A stretch of DNA of 64,000 bases from contig NC_087436.1 of NCBI RefSeq assembly GCF_036321535.1, positions 55,058,001 to 55,122,000 on the forward strand, written 5' to 3'. A program made the position numbers and the translations under genes. The notes below the pieces were generated by a model. That model worked only from the letters and a program-made list of their open reading frames with translations. It had not been told where the DNA came from and made no database searches. This DNA is from Camelus dromedarius. Taxonomy: Eukaryota. Position 1 is the first letter of the stretch; every line of letters starts with the position of its first letter. Positions 63,525 to 64,000 of this stretch are shown piece after piece.

Positions 63525-64000
63525 AGAACTATAAAGGATGTGGCTACTACTTTTACATTAGGAGAAGTTGAAAAATATTGGCGTTGTCAATGTTTGGGTT
63601 TTTAATTATGTCAGCTATAATAGCTTCTGCTTGTGCCCTTCAGTGTAATCTTGAACTGGTGCCTAAGGGTTTTGAAGGGATCATCCATCCCCTATCAGAG
63701 AGTGAGTCTGAAGATGAATTTGAGTTATAAACACTATACTAAACTTTCATTGTCCCTTGCCTCTAACAACTGAAGTTTTAATACTAGATCAAATATGTCC
63801 TCCTCATTCTCTTTTCTTTGTATAAACACATTCTTAAGAGGCTTTTAAGTTCCTTATGCAAACAGACTGGGTCAATCTGACCAATTTGACAGATTCTTCA
63901 AGGTATGCACAAATACTACTATTGGATTTAGTTGAGCTACAAACTGGACTCTACTCATCAATCAGCATGTGTCTAGATAAAGTACTCAATTGCTTTGTTT

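Noticed and set aside
1..64000. CRISPR array, operon, tRNA/rRNA/snRNA gene, CpG-island promoter or intact retroelement
   Set aside because: None seen. The 23-bp repeats are two-copy duplications without spacers, and all mobile elements are fragments or solo LTRs

Overview
This is AT-rich, CpG-depleted placental-mammal genomic DNA, either intronic or intergenic. I see no supportable protein-coding gene, rRNA, tRNA or CRISPR array. The listed ORFs are chance frames, low-complexity translations or L1 relics (42514-42699 is an L1 ORF2p C-terminus). The window is a mosaic of old repeats (MIR/MIR3, L2, L3/CR1, L1M, hAT MERs, MaLR/ERVL/ERV1 LTRs), two short younger L1 3' tails of cetartiodactyl type, microsatellites and unique blocks that look like regulatory elements. 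I recognised no Alu, B1, Bov-A/tA, PRE-1, CHR or Can-SINE, which tentatively suggests a camelid-like genome. Best leads: (1) a recursive-splice-site/RS-exon-like cassette at 13861-14006, with an antisense bias of L1/LTRs hinting at a + strand host intron; (2) a pre-miRNA-sized hairpin at 50737-50794 whose 3' arm begins with the miR-34/449 5' sequence; (3) a possible LF-SINE relic at 29895-30043; (4) several homeodomain/TALE-motif-rich unique blocks. Repeat family names come from comparison with remembered consensus sequences, and most boundaries are approximate. All need RepeatMasker/Dfam confirmation.
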